A stretch of 63,399 bases of DNA, the filler included, from Chiloscyllium plagiosum (lineage: Eukaryota), in NCBI RefSeq assembly GCF_004010195.1. It is 5 parts of one record of this genome, joined end to end, with 100 filler letters (N's around TTAATTAATTAA, not from the genome) between each part and the next. Parts side by side here need not be neighbours in the genome. Positions count along the whole stretch, not along the records: positions 44,986 to 50,322 come from NC_057710.1; positions 50,423 to 56,850 come from NC_057710.1; positions 56,951 to 63,399 come from NC_057710.1; 2 more parts are not named here. One strand, written 5' to 3'. The position numbers were made by a program, and so were the translations under genes. The notes under the pieces are model-generated. The model saw only the letters and a list, made by a program, of their open reading frames with translations. It ran no database searches and was not told where the DNA came from. Below are positions 49,165 through 60,527 of the stretch, one piece after another; within the stretch, counting starts at the first letter, position 1, and every line of letters starts with the position of its first letter.

Positions 49165-49388
49165 AACAGGCTACAGGAACTCAGTAGGTCTGCCAGCCTC
49201 TGTACAGAGAAAAACAGAGTTAACCCTTCAAGTCCAGATTCCCTTTGTCAATCCCAGTTCTGAAGAAGAGTCACTGGATACAAAGCACAAACTCTGCTTT
49301 TTCTCCACAGATGCTGCCAGACCTGCTGGCTTTCTCCAGCAAGTTCTGTTTCTGTTTCAGGTTTCCAGCATCTGCAGTTCCTTGTTTA
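49165..49388. mobile_element. Old inverted pair of PLE mini-elements
   Basis: Minus-strand copy ~49168-49245 and plus-strand copy 49258-49388 starting ctgaagaagagtcactgga. Confidence 0.65.
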
Positions 49389-49974
49389 GCAATCTCTTCC
49401 CCACGCCAATCCCCAAGCAAAACTAGAATAATTCTCCCTTCTTAAAGTTGGTTCATCTGCAATTTTAGGAAAAGAACAACCCTTTTTTAAAATGAAGCCG
49501 AAATGAAGAAATTTTTTAAATATAAATCATTAGTAAAAATTTCAGGTTCATACAAAAGCCAGCATAAACAAATGAATTGCAGGCTGGAGCCAAAGGCCTA
49601 CAGGGATATTGCTGCTTCATATTGTAGACACTTCTGTCATATGGGCGTGATCTTTATTTGACCACAGGGTGCAAAGAAATGACCTCTGAGTTCTTTCATC
49701 TTCAGCAAGAGCGAAAGAAACTTAATTTAGTGAATGGTGTTTAGCTTCAGCCTAATTCCTGTAAGGGGCTGAGTGACACTCACTTTAGTTCAGCCTCACG
49801 GTTTAAATGCTCAGAGGAAAACCACACCATCCGTGGAAGGGAGAGAAAAGACTCAGGCTCAAGGAGATAATGGGGATAGTTTGCTTAAAGGGTTTTCTTT
49901 TGGCAAGTTGTCTGCAAGAATCAAATAAAACCTGCAGCTATCTACACCAAATAACATCCCCCCACAAGAAAGAT

Positions 49975-50720
49975 AGACTCATAGAATCATAGAGATGTAC
50001 AGCACGGAAACAGACCCTTCGGTCCAACCCGTCCATGCCGACCAGACATCCCAACCCAATCTAGTCCCACCTGCCAGCAGCTGGTCCAAATCCCTCCAAA
50101 CCCTTCCTATTCATACACCCATCCAAATGCCTCTTAAATGTTACAATTGTACCAACCTCCACCACATCCTCTGGCAGCTCATTCCATACACGTTACACCC
50201 TCTGCGTGAAAAGGTTGCCCCTTCGGTCTCTTTTATATCTTTCCACTCTCACCCTAAACCTATGCCCTCTAGTTCTGGACTCCCCAACCCCAGGGAAAAG
50301 ACTTTGTTTATTTACTCTATCCNNNNNNNNNNNNNNNNNNNNNNNNNNNNNNNNNNNNNNNNNNNNTTAATTAATTAANNNNNNNNNNNNNNNNNNNNNN
50401 NNNNNNNNNNNNNNNNNNNNNNACTATGTCCCTGTAGCTTCTATCTATCACCCTCTCAGCCTCTCGAATAATCCTCAGTTCATCCAACTCCAGTTCCAGT
50501 TCCCTAACTCGTTCTGTGAGGAGCAGGATCTGATTGCATTTCCTGCAGATGAAGTCGGCAGGCGTATCGGTGGTCACCCCTACCTCAAACATCCGACAGG
50601 AGGAACATTCCACTGCCTGCGCTGCCATTACTCTACACTTCGTCTCCAAAACAAGAACACTGAGTCACTTACCTGTGAACTTTAAAGTTAGGTTAGAGGA
50701 GGAGGATGGGAGGGAGGCCC
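49975..50720 (-). mobile_element. CR1 element ends across a spacer gap: 3' end and ORF1 N-terminus (zinc finger/leucine zipper)
   Basis: MAAQAVECSSCRM...FICRKC...LTERVRELELELDEL; gactcatagaatcatag tail. Confidence 0.85.
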
Positions 50721-51514
50721 TACTATGTATGGCACTGGAGGACCCACCCAGATTATATGCTCAAATCATTGGAGTGGAATTGGAAAACACAACCTAAGAG
50801 CACTGAGTCACAGCTAACATCTGCAACATTTCTGTGTTCTCAAAGCAATCTAAGACTAGCACTCGCACTCACGAATATCAGACTGGGCTGTTGAATTACA
50901 TATGGTGCTGAGTTAGTTAGGAGTCCAGCCTTGTGGTTTCAAACTCCAACCAGGTTGACTGACCCACCCCTAACTCCGATCCTACAGTGTGCCCTTAACA
51001 CCTTAGTACCCTTTAAAAAAGCAGTCCAGCCCATTCAGCTGCCAGGGAGTGACGCTGACTTGCCCCCATCTAGAGAACCATAGGATACTGTGAACACGTG
51101 GTATACAAGGTGCTAACGTTGTGTAGTCCAATGCCCTGAATAACAACTTACATTTAGACAACACCTTTCACATCCCCGTGAGCTTTACCAGGACATAACT
51201 AGGCAAGATTTGACAACAATCTGGATGTTGAGATATTGGGACACCTTTTCTCTCTCTATTCATTCATTCACAGGATATACAAACGTACATACCCACAAAC
51301 ATATGGAGTGGAAGAAGTCTGCTCCAGCATTTGAAACAGTCATGGCTGACCTAATTGTGGACACAGCTCCACATTCCTGCTGATTCCTAATAATCATTGA
51401 CCTCCTGCCTGCATCATAGCCTGTATTCCAAAAAGGGGTATAGATAAACCAGTCAGCTTTTCAACATATCAGCTCATAATGTCTTTAATTCTGTTACATG
51501 TGTTTCCCTGGGCA

Positions 51515-51870
51515 TTGCTGGGCTGAGTCAGCACTTATTGCCAGTCCCTAGTTGCCCCTTGAGAAGGTATGGGTGAGCTGCCTTCTTGAACCGCTGCAGT
51601 CCATGTGCTGTAGAATTGACCCACAATACCCTGAGGGAGGGAATTCTGGGATTTTGACCCAGTGACAGGGAAGGAACGGTAGTATATTTCCAAGTCAGGA
51701 TGGTGAGTTGCTTGAAGGGGAACTTGTAATTAATGGTGTTCCCATGTATCCGCTGCCCTCGTCCTTCCAGATTGAAGTGGTGGTGGTTTTGGAAAGTGCT
51801 AACTGAGGATCTTGGGTGAATTGCTGCAGAGCATCCCGTAGATAGTACACATGCTGCTACTGAGTGTCAT
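51515..51870 (-). mobile_element. 3' end of second CR1/L2-type LINE; likely partner of the second SINE family
   Basis: CTIYGMLCSNSP...RSF...KSQNSLP; cagcacttattgccagtccctagttgcc matches the SINE tail cagcatttattgcccatccctaattgcc. Confidence 0.75.
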
Positions 51871-52859
51871 TATAGAGCGAGTGAATTTCTGTGTTTGACA
51901 CTGTAGAAAAGAGGACCCTACAGCAGAGAGTGTGGACAAGGTGAGAATTGTTTCAGGGACCAGGAACTTCAGTTGCAGATTGTATAAGTCGGGACTGTTT
52001 CCCTTACAGAAGAGAAGCTTGAGTGAAAAGTTTGTCCAATATCTTGAGAGATCTGGACAGAGTAAACAGGGGGAAACTGTGCCCACTCTTTGAAAGGTTC
52101 AAAAACGAGATTTAAGAAAAAAATGGCATGAAAAGTGACATGAGGAAACCCTTTTACAAACAACAAATGGTTTGGATCTGGAAAGCCTGAGTGTGCGCAA
52201 GAGGCGGGTTCAGTCAAAGCATGTGGGACAGAATGAGACTGTTATCTGCAAAGATAGAACGTGCAGGTTTCCGGGAGTGGACAGGACAGTCAGACTAGTG
52301 AGTTGCTTGCTGAGAAGGCTGGTGCAGAGAAGATGGGCCAATTGGCCTCCTTCCGCATTATAACCAGCCTGTAAACAAAGCGATGACTTTAAGGAGCCAA
52401 CACAGGGAACCATGCCGAGGTACTCCCAGGAGAATCATCAAAATAGAATTCCGTCCCAAGTCACATGGAGCAAATTCCCGGACACATCTAACAGTTGGAG
52501 GACAAAGCTGAAGATTGGCACCAGGATATGATGCTCCTTTCTAGAACCAGTTCAGGAGCGATGGGCTGAATGGCTTCCTTCTGCACTGTAATACTTGTGT
52601 GATTGGCAGGACAGATAAGGTCTGCCCAGGTGTTAAGTTTTACATTTATTTTTCAGACTTAAGTCTTGCCAGGAATTGTTCCTCAATGCCTCACACAAGT
52701 CCTGGGGCTCCCTTTGACATTGTGTCGTAATTGGACTAAGGAGTATCCCAGCAATCTTCTGCTTCTTGCTTACTCTTCCACTCTCAGAAAACCTGATTGG
52801 ATTGTGGACAGTACATAAACCAAGTCCCTGGCCATGAAGACATCACCTGTCTGCTGTCC

Positions 52860-53160
52860 ATTTCCTCCCTCAGCGCCCTCCTATCTGTCCCTTCCTCAAC
52901 CCCCATTCACACCCCTGCTCCCTTCCATTCCCAATTCCTTCCACTCTCCCTTTTTCTCCCCAGCTTCCACCCACCCTCACCTCTCCCACACTCCCTCCCT
53001 CCCACTACCTCCCACCCTCACTTTCCCTGCCCTATATCCCTGTTTTCTCCTCCTCACTTCCTCAACTTGCTCCCCTTCTCCCTCCCCATGCCCTCTGTCA
53101 CAATACCTCCAATACCACACTCCCCTACTCTCTCCCAAACCCCTTTCCTTCTCTCCCAGA
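52860..53160. repeat. C/T-rich low-complexity tract
   Basis: Strong pyrimidine strand bias. Confidence 0.8.
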
Positions 53161-53162
53161 AT

Positions 53163-53263
53163 CTGGATCAGTGGTGCTGGAAGAGCACAGCAATTCAGGC
53201 AGCATCCGAGGACAGGCAAAATCGACGTTTCGGGCAAAAGCCCTTCATCAGGAATAAATTTTT
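53163..53263 (-). mobile_element. HHR mini-element
   Basis: TSD ttctctcccagaat at 53149-53162 and 53264-53277. Confidence 0.85.
53224..53251 (-). ncRNA. Minimal type I hammerhead ribozyme, intact core
   Basis: Reverse complement CUGAUGAAGGGCUUUUGCCCGAAACGUC. Confidence 0.85.
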
Positions 53264-53849
53264 TTCTCTCCCAGAATGCCTACCTTTCCACTAAACATCA
53301 ATATTTATTTCCCCGAGTTGCCTATCTTCCATGCCTTTGTCCACAATAAATATTGACACAAAATATTCATTTAGTATCTCTCCCATCTCCTGTGGTTCTA
53401 CACATGGATGACCTCATTGATTTTTAATGGCCCTATTCTGTCCCTGGTTGCTTATAGAATCTCTTTGGATTAACCTTAATCTGACCTGCTAAGACTATCT
53501 CATATCATCTTTTTTCCCTCCTGAGTTCCCTTTTAAGAATGCGCCTACTCCCTAGTACTCTGCAAGAGATTCACTTAATCCCAGTTGTCTATAGCTAACA
53601 TATCCCTCCTTCCGATTCTTGACCAGAGCCCCAATATCTCTATTCAATCATTGTTTCCTTTTCCTACCAACTTTATCCTTCACTCCAGCAGGAATATACT
53701 GCTTCTAAATTCTCTTTCTCTCACTTTTGAACTGTTTCCACTTGCAAGTCATCCCTTTCCCATCTACATCCTCTGGCAGCTCATTCCACATACCACCAGT
53801 CTATCCCAACCAACCTTTGAAACTTCCTGTCTCATACCATCAAACTGTT

Positions 53850-54500
53850 TGACAAGACTCCACATGGTAGACTGATTAGTAAAGTGGGATTCAGGGAGAG
53901 CTAGCCAATTGGCTACAAAATTGGCTTGACGGGTAGGCGATAGGGTGGTGATGGAGGCTTATTTTTGCGACTGGAGGCCTGTGACTAGCGGTGTGCCGCA
54001 GAGTTCAGTGCTGGGTCCACTGTTGTTTGTCGTTTATTTAAATGATTTGGATGAGAATGGAGGAAACATAGCTGGTACTGAGTAAAAGTGGTCTTCTAGT
54101 CGACAGCAAAGAAGATTTTCTAAGAATATGAAGGGATCTTGATCAATTGGGCCAATGATCAAGGAGTGGCAGGTGGAGTTTAATTTGGATAAATGTGAGG
54201 GGTTGCATTTTGGTAAAACACACAAAGGCAGGCCTTGTACAATCCGTGGTAGAGCCCTGTGCAGTGTTGTAAAACAGAGAGGGGTTCAGGTACATAGTTC
54301 CTTGAAAGTGGTATCACAGGTGGACAGGGTGGTAAAGCAGGTGTTTGGCATGCTTGCCTTCATAGCTCAGACCATTAAGTCTCGGAGTTGGGATGACATG
54401 AGGAGATTGTCCAGGATACCAGTGAAGCCACATTTGGAGTACTGTGTACAGTTCTGGTTACCTTGCTATAGGAAGGATATCACTAAAATGGAGAGGTTCA
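53850..54500 (+). mobile_element. CR1 RT fragment
   Basis: VTSGVPQSSVLGPLLF; WQVEFNLDKCE; HLEYCVQFW. Confidence 0.85.
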
Positions 54501-54925
54501 AAGTTTGTGAGAAGATTTGTAGCTCGGGTGCTCGTTGCTGTGGTTCTGTTCGCCGAGCTGGAAGTTTTTGTTGCAAACGTTTCGTCCCCTGTCTAGGTGA
54601 CATCCTCAGTGCTTGGGAGCCTCCTGTGAAGTGCTTCTGTGGTGTTTCCTCTGGCATTTATAGTGGCCTGTCCCTGCCGCTTCCGGTTGTCAGTTTCAGC
54701 TGTCCGCTGTAGTGGCAGGTATATTGGGTCCAGTTCTATGTGTTTGTTGATGGAGTTTGTGGATGAGTGCCATGCTTCTAGGAATTCCCTGGCTGTTCTT
54801 TGTTTCGCTTGCCCTATAATGGTAGTGTTGTCCCAGTCAAATTCATGTTGCTTGTCGTCTGCGTGTGTGGCTACTAGGGATAGCTGGTCGTGTCGTTTCG
54901 TGGCTAGTTGGTGTTCGAGGATGCG
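54501..54925 (-). mobile_element. Poseidon-type PLE: GIY-YIG C-terminus and 3' UTR
   Basis: Reverse strand EHQLATKRHDQLSLVATH...HEFDWDNTTII...REFLEAWHS...INKHIELDPIY. Confidence 0.85.
54576..54609 (-). ncRNA. Hammerhead ribozyme, second sequence class, intact core
   Basis: GCA-CUGAGGA-U-GUC(ACCUAGACAGGG)GAC-GAAA-C-GUU-UGC, with a GCA/UGC stem I. Confidence 0.8.
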
Positions 54926-54949
54926 GACCCACGTGGATGCGGACCCACG

Positions 54950-55055
54950 CAGGAAAATCGGATTCCTGATGAAGGGCTCAGGCCCGAAACATCAATTTTC
55001 CTGCTTCTGGGTTGCTGCCTGACCTGCTGTGCTTTGCCAGCAACACGCTCTCAAC
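54950..55055 (+). mobile_element. HHR mini-element with short inverted 5' stub
   Basis: caggaaaatcg stub then cctgatgaagggctcaggcccgaaacatc. Confidence 0.8.
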
Positions 55056-55278
55056 ATCCAATTCAGTCCCCTATTTCTATTTTTCCCTCAACTATATCTA
55101 AGTCCTCCTTGAAAACATTCAGTGCTTTGGCCTCAATTGCTTTCAGTGGCTGAGAATTCACAGGCTCTCCACTCTCATCTCAATCCTAAATTGCCTATCC
55201 TGTATCCTAAAGACTGTGGCCTCTAGTTCTGGACTCCCTGGTCATTGGGAATATCCTTACTGCATTTACCTTGTCTAA

Positions 55279-55592
55279 GGGCAGCATGGTGGCTCAGTGG
55301 TTAGCAACACTGCCTTACAATGCCAGGGAGCTGGGTTTGATTCCAGCCTTGGAGGACTGTATGTGTGGAATTTGTACATTTTTCCTGTGTCTGGGTGCTC
55401 TGGTTTCCTTGCATAATCCAAAGATGTGCGGGTTAGGCGAATTGGCTGTGTTAAAATTGCCCATAGTGTCCAGGAATGTGTATGGTAGGAGTAATAGGGT
55501 AGGTTAATGGGTCCTGAGTGGGTTACTCTTCGGAGGTCAGTGTGGACCTGCAGGGTCGAATGGTCTGTTTCCACACTGTAGGAATTCTATGA
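55279..55592 (+). mobile_element. HE1-type SINE inside a minus-strand CR1 (~55060-55750)
   Basis: tggctcagtgg A box and tail. Confidence 0.85.
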
Positions 55593-56074
55593 AATGATCC
55601 TTTTAGAATGTTAAAGGTACAAATGAGACCCCTCCTCATTTTTCCAAACTGCGGTGAAAATAGTCCTAACCAACCCGTTGTCTCTTCATATGTCAGTCCT
55701 GCCATCCCAAGAATCGGCCTGGTCAGACTCTGTTGCTCTCCCTCCATCATCAGCACACTCTTTATCAGAAAAGGAGACACAGAAGCGTCCATTCACCTGC
55801 TGAAACTCTGATATTGGAAAGAGCAGCGTTAGCACCAAAACCAAGTGATGTCAGCCTCGATTGAGGTACAGAAAAAAAAAAATGTGTGAAGCCAGGAGCG
55901 TGTCTGAAGTCACACCTTTGTTAGTAGTGCCAATCATGTGATTAACCACAGTGTGACTCCCATTTTCTTTTCTTGGCCTTTTTTTTTCACTTCAACACTC
56001 ACATAGCTCGCACATACCGAGTTACAGGTTATAGCTGTGCAGTGGATCCCCAGACGGAACTAGTCCCGGGCTCA

Positions 56075-56760
56075 CAGTCATAGAGTCCTACAGCAGAGAG
56101 ACAGGCCGTTTGGCCCAATCTGGTCCATGCTGACCAAAATGTCCATCCACACTAACCCCATTTCCCTGCACTTGGCCCATATCCTTCTAATCCTTTCTTA
56201 TCCATGTATTTGTCCAAATGCCTTTTAAATGTTGTTAATATACCCGTCTCAACCACTTCCGCTGGCAGCTCATTCCATATGTGTACCACCCTCTGTGTAA
56301 AAAAGTTGCCCCTCAGGTTCCCTTTTATTCTTTTCCCCTCTAACCTTAAACTGTTGTCCTCTCAACCCTGGGAGAAACCCTGAGTGCATTCACCCTATCA
56401 ATGCCTTTCATGATCTTATACACTTCAATAAGATCCCCCCTCAGTCTCCTATGCTCTAAACAAAAGAGTCCTAGTTCGTCAAACTTCTCCCAGACCATTG
56501 AATCCTGGCAACATCCTTGTAAATTTCTTCTGCTTTCTTTCCAGTTTAATAATGTTCCTGATAAAGGCATTTGCCCGAAACATCAATTTTCCTGCTCCTC
56601 GGATGCTGCCTGACCTGCTGTGCTTTTCCAGCACCACTCTAATCTTGACCCCAGTTTAATAACATCCTTCCTATGGCATGGAGACCAGATGGAACACAAT
56701 ACTCCAATGTGCAGCCTTACTAACATCCTGTACAACTGCAACATAACTTTCCAACTTCTT
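56075..56760 (-). mobile_element. CR1 3' portion
   Basis: LGLFCLEHRRLRGDLIEVYKIMKGIDRV. Confidence 0.85.
56555..56650 (+). mobile_element. HHR mini-element
   Basis: cctgataaaggcatttgcccgaaacatc; TSD ccagtttaataa at 56541-56552 and 56651-56662. Confidence 0.85.
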
Positions 56761-56763
56761 TAA

Positions 56764-56850
56764 TCGAGAGTGTGGTGCTGGAAAAGCGCAGCAGGCCAGG
56801 CAGCATCGAGGAGCGGGAAAATCGACATTTCGGGCATAAGCCCTTCATCA
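56764..56850 (-). mobile_element. HHR mini-element or PLE 3' end running into a gap
   Basis: Reverse tgatgaagggcttatgcccgaaatgtcg. Confidence 0.8.
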
Positions 56851-56950
56851 NNNNNNNNNNNNNNNNNNNNNNNNNNNNNNNNNNNNNNNNNNNNTTAATT
56901 AATTAANNNNNNNNNNNNNNNNNNNNNNNNNNNNNNNNNNNNNNNNNNNN

Positions 56951-57180
56951 TGGGGCAGTGGGATTAGTTTGCGATTGATACAGGGCTATGGGGAGTGAGT
57001 GGGGCAGTGGGATTAGTTTGGGATTGATACAGGGCTATGGGAGAGAGTGGGGCAGTGGGATTAGTTTGGGATTGATACAGGGCTATGGGGTGAGAGTGGG
57101 GCAGTGGGATTAGTTTGGGATTGATACAGGGCTATGAGGAGGGAGTGGGGCAGTGGGATTAGTTTGGGATTGATACAGGC
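56951..57180. repeat. 48-49 bp minisatellite
   Basis: tggggcagtgggattagtttgggattgatacagggctatggggagag, about 4.7 copies visible. Confidence 0.9.
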
Positions 57181-57599
57181 TGGTGCACCTGGTTGATTTG
57201 GCGACTCTTTACTCTGGTCTGTTTGCCAGTTGCCTCGAAGTGATCTCTCTGGGAAGTTGCTTGGCTCGTCATGGTAACCAGACCCTGGAACAGCTCGAAT
57301 AAATATCATGTTCATCTTCTTATTTCCCATCTCTCTGCTGGGTTTATTGCTAGGAATAAAACATCACAGTCCAATCCCTGTAAATTACCTCAGCACCCCG
57401 CTCAGGTTCTGAGCAGACATTTACAGAATTGACCACAACCTTCCAGTTTGTCCAGTGATTCAATGGAAGAGAAAGAGGCTTTGTCTCAGAACTGTCTAGC
57501 TGGTGTAGCTTTGAGAGTTATAATCAAACAGCTCTCAGTGAAGTGAGACTGGTGTTGATAACAGGGATGGCATTGGATGGACAGTTATAGTTTTTCATA

Positions 57600-57900
57600 T
57601 TCACTCTCAGCATTGAGGTCAGGCCAGCATTTATTGCCCATCCCAGAAGGTAAGTTGAGAGTCGCCCATATCGTGTGGGTCTGGAGTCACCTGTGAGACA
57701 GGCCCCATATGGATGGCAGCTTTCTTCCCTCAAGGAAATGAGTGAGAGTTTTCCCGTCAACAATCAGCATTTGTGGTCGTCATTCGACTTTTAACACCAG
57801 ATTTTGTTTTAAAATTGAATTGAATCTGGATCCCCAGATGATTTTCTGGGTCATTAACATTCACAGTCTAGCAGGCAATATCATGAGACCACTGCCTCCC
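57600..57900 (-). mobile_element. tRNA-derived SINE (second family), decayed
   Basis: ggccagcatttattgcccatccc tail; ccactgcctcc head end. Confidence 0.7.
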
Positions 57901-57941
57901 GTTTGAATCTCCAACGCTACAACAGGCTCATTAACCCAGTA

Positions 57942-58141
57942 GTGCTGGAAGGGCACAGCAATTCAGGCAGCATCCGAAGACAGGCAAAATCGACGTTTCG
58001 GGCAAAAGCCGAAGCTTTGCCCGAAACGTCGATTTTGCCTGTCTTCGGATGCTGCCTGAATTGCTGTGCCCTTCCAGCACCACTGATCCAGAATCTGGTT
58101 TCCAGCATCTGCAGTCATTGTTTTTACCTCGTTGTTTTTAC
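57942..58141 (+). mobile_element. PLE-derived fold-back mini-element
   Basis: Perfect 65-bp inverted arms at 57942-58006 and 58016-58080; TSD ctcattaacccagta at 57927-57941 and 58142-58156. Confidence 0.9.
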
Positions 58142-58804
58142 CTCATTAACCCAGTACACAAGCCTCCTTTAATATTTAACCCTTCTATCCTCCAGTTCCT
58201 TTTCCCTGTCTTATCCTTGAACTCAACTCTGCTCCCCACTTCATCGACTCCTTTTGTCACTGAGTTCTGCACTCTCTCCAGTCTATGAATCAAAAGGTTG
58301 CTCCTGAATTCCTGTTTGGATTTGTGGCTCTCCTCTTTTCTGGCGGCTGTCCCTGGCATCTCGCACGGGGAGTGCGTTCCTCTGGCAGAGCCTGTGAGCG
58401 GTGCTGAAGTTGCCTCAGGACACTTTGGATGGAGTGAGGGGCCAGGTGTGATGTGCACCACGTGTGTGCCATGACCGAAGCCAGTTGCAGCACCAGATGG
58501 AGGAGGTTAAGGAATGATGGATGCGAGGGTGCCAATCACTCTCCTGTCAGACATCAAAGAGTCAGGCTGCATAGCGTTCTTGGAAAAAATCCCAATTGGC
58601 ACATTCACGCCATGAGACCGACAGACAGCAGCTCCCCTTTACAGAGTGTGATTTGTTTCAGTGCATTTGAAGGCAGAAGGTGGAAATAGAGAGTGGACCC
58701 AGTAGCCTAAAAATCCAGGCTCTGAGGACAGTAGTATTTACATTCATATAGTAACAGATCTCAGTGATGCTCATCTTGCAACTACCATTTAATTTCAGGT
58801 GCTG

Positions 58805-59395
58805 GCAGGTGGTGTTGTGTTAACGTCACTGGGCTAACAATCCAGAACCCCCAGGCTATTGCTTTGGGGTCATGGGCTCAAATCCCAGCACGGCAGAAGG
58901 TGAAAGCTGAAGTAAAGGAATGGTCTGGATTGAGACCCAGCCCATCGGGACTGCACCGCCCCTCTGAAGGGCATCCCAATCTCCATCACCTCCCACCCCC
59001 ATCCCCGTAACCTCACATTTCCCATGGCTGACCCATCTGGCCTGCACGTCAGTAGACACTATGGGCGATTTAGCATGGTCTATCCACCCAACTGGCAAAA
59101 GTTGGACAGTGGGAGGAAGCCGGAACACCTGGAGGAAGCCCACGCAAACACAGAAGGAACTCCACACAGGCTGTCACCCAAGGCTGGAATCAAACTCCCT
59201 GGCGCTGTGAGGCAACAGTACTAACTACTGACCACTTAAAAGCTAACCGCACGGTGAACATCACTGGATGTTGTGAAACACCCATCTGGATTGTTAATGT
59301 CCTTTAGGGAAGGAAGCTGCCATCCTTACCTGGTCTGGCCTACATGGGACTACAGACCCACAGCAATGTGGTTAACTCTTAACTTCCCTCTGAGG
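58805..59395 (+). mobile_element. Second-family SINE with nested minus-strand HE1-type SINE (~58940-59235)
   Basis: Head ...catgggctcaaatccc; body cccatctgg...tagggaagg...gcaatgtggttaactct. Confidence 0.75.
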
Positions 59396-59410
59396 TGTTC
59401 TAATAAATCA

Positions 59411-59564
59411 TGATGTGGAGGTGTCAGTGTTGGACTGGGTTAAATCACACGACACCAAGTTATAGTCCAACAGGTTTATTTGAAAACAGAATGTTTTGGA
59501 GCCCTGGGGCTCTGTTTTCAGATAAAACTGTTGGACAATAACTTGGTGTCGTGTGGTCTTTGAC
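59411..59564. mobile_element. Fold-back mini-element of a third family
   Basis: 45-bp inverted arms at 59446-59490 and 59511-59555 with 3 mismatches; TSD ctaataaRtca at 59400-59410 and 59565-59575. Confidence 0.8.
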
Positions 59565-59809
59565 CTAATAAGTCACTTCAGGAAGATGGACAACTGTCCA
59601 TTGCCATCTGACACTATGGGATGGGTAATAAAACCCAACCCGCACCCTCACCCAGTGAATACCCAACAGGGAAGCTCTGTAACTCAGGAGCACAAAGGTA
59701 TAAAAGCGATGATTTTGGGACCTCTGTCCAGCCTGTGATCACTGAGAAGATCCAGCGGTTGGTACTCTGCAGGTCAACTCCTGCTGTCGTGACACCAACA
59801 CAAGGACCG

Positions 59810-60065
59810 AGACTGCAATGGCAGTGGGAGTGCTGCACTGTCAGAGATGCTGACCCATTGGCCAGGCCCTGTCCACCTTCTCAGGTGATGGGAATGGCAG
59901 GCCAATAGCAGGAGGTGCACAAGTGAAAGGCAAGAGCCTGCATTTCTTTATCACCCTCCAAAGTTTCAGCTGACGGAGCGAGTCTTTGAACATCACCACT
60001 GTTGCGATGTGGAAAGAAAATTCAATTTGTGCACAGCAAGATGCCACAAATCACCATTTCATTGT
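59810..60065. mobile_element. Deu-SINE-like relics
   Basis: gggagtgctgcactgtcagag...gccctgtccaccttctcaggtg on plus; tgtggcatcttgctgtgcacaaattg tail on minus; similar tail at ~42420-42560. Confidence 0.5.
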
Positions 60066-60213
60066 GAGACCTGGGCAGCAAGGCTGTGTCAGGCTGAAGG
60101 GCCTGTTTCTTGCTGTAAGCCTCTGCAACTCTAATCACGCGACACTGACTGGATTGCCTTTCATTGTTTGATCTATTGTCACATGTACCAGAGTACGTGA
60201 AAGGCTTTACGGT

Positions 60214-60527
60214 GGGCGGCACGGTGGCTCAGTGGTTAGCACTGCTGCCTCACAGCGCCAGAGACCCGTGTTCAATTCACACCTCAGGCGACTGACTGTG
60301 TGGAGTTTGCACATTCTCCCCGTGTCTGCATGGGTTTCCTCTGGATGCTCCGGTTTCCTCCCACAGTCCAAAGATGTGCAGGTCAGGTGAATTGGCCATG
60401 CTAAATTGCCCGTAGTGTTAGGTAAGGGGTAAATGTAAGGGTATGGGTGGGTTACGCTTCGGCGGGTCGGAGTGGACTTGTTGGGCCGAAGGGCCTGTTT
60501 CAGCACTGTAAGTAATCTAATCTAATC
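60214..60527 (+). mobile_element. Full-length HE1-type V-SINE
   Basis: A/B boxes, V-domain and (TCTAA)n tail. Confidence 0.92.

Noticed and set aside
58290..58700. GC-richer unique stretch as a coding exon (also 60700-61020)
   Set aside because: No recognisable protein and no convincing splice-site pair.
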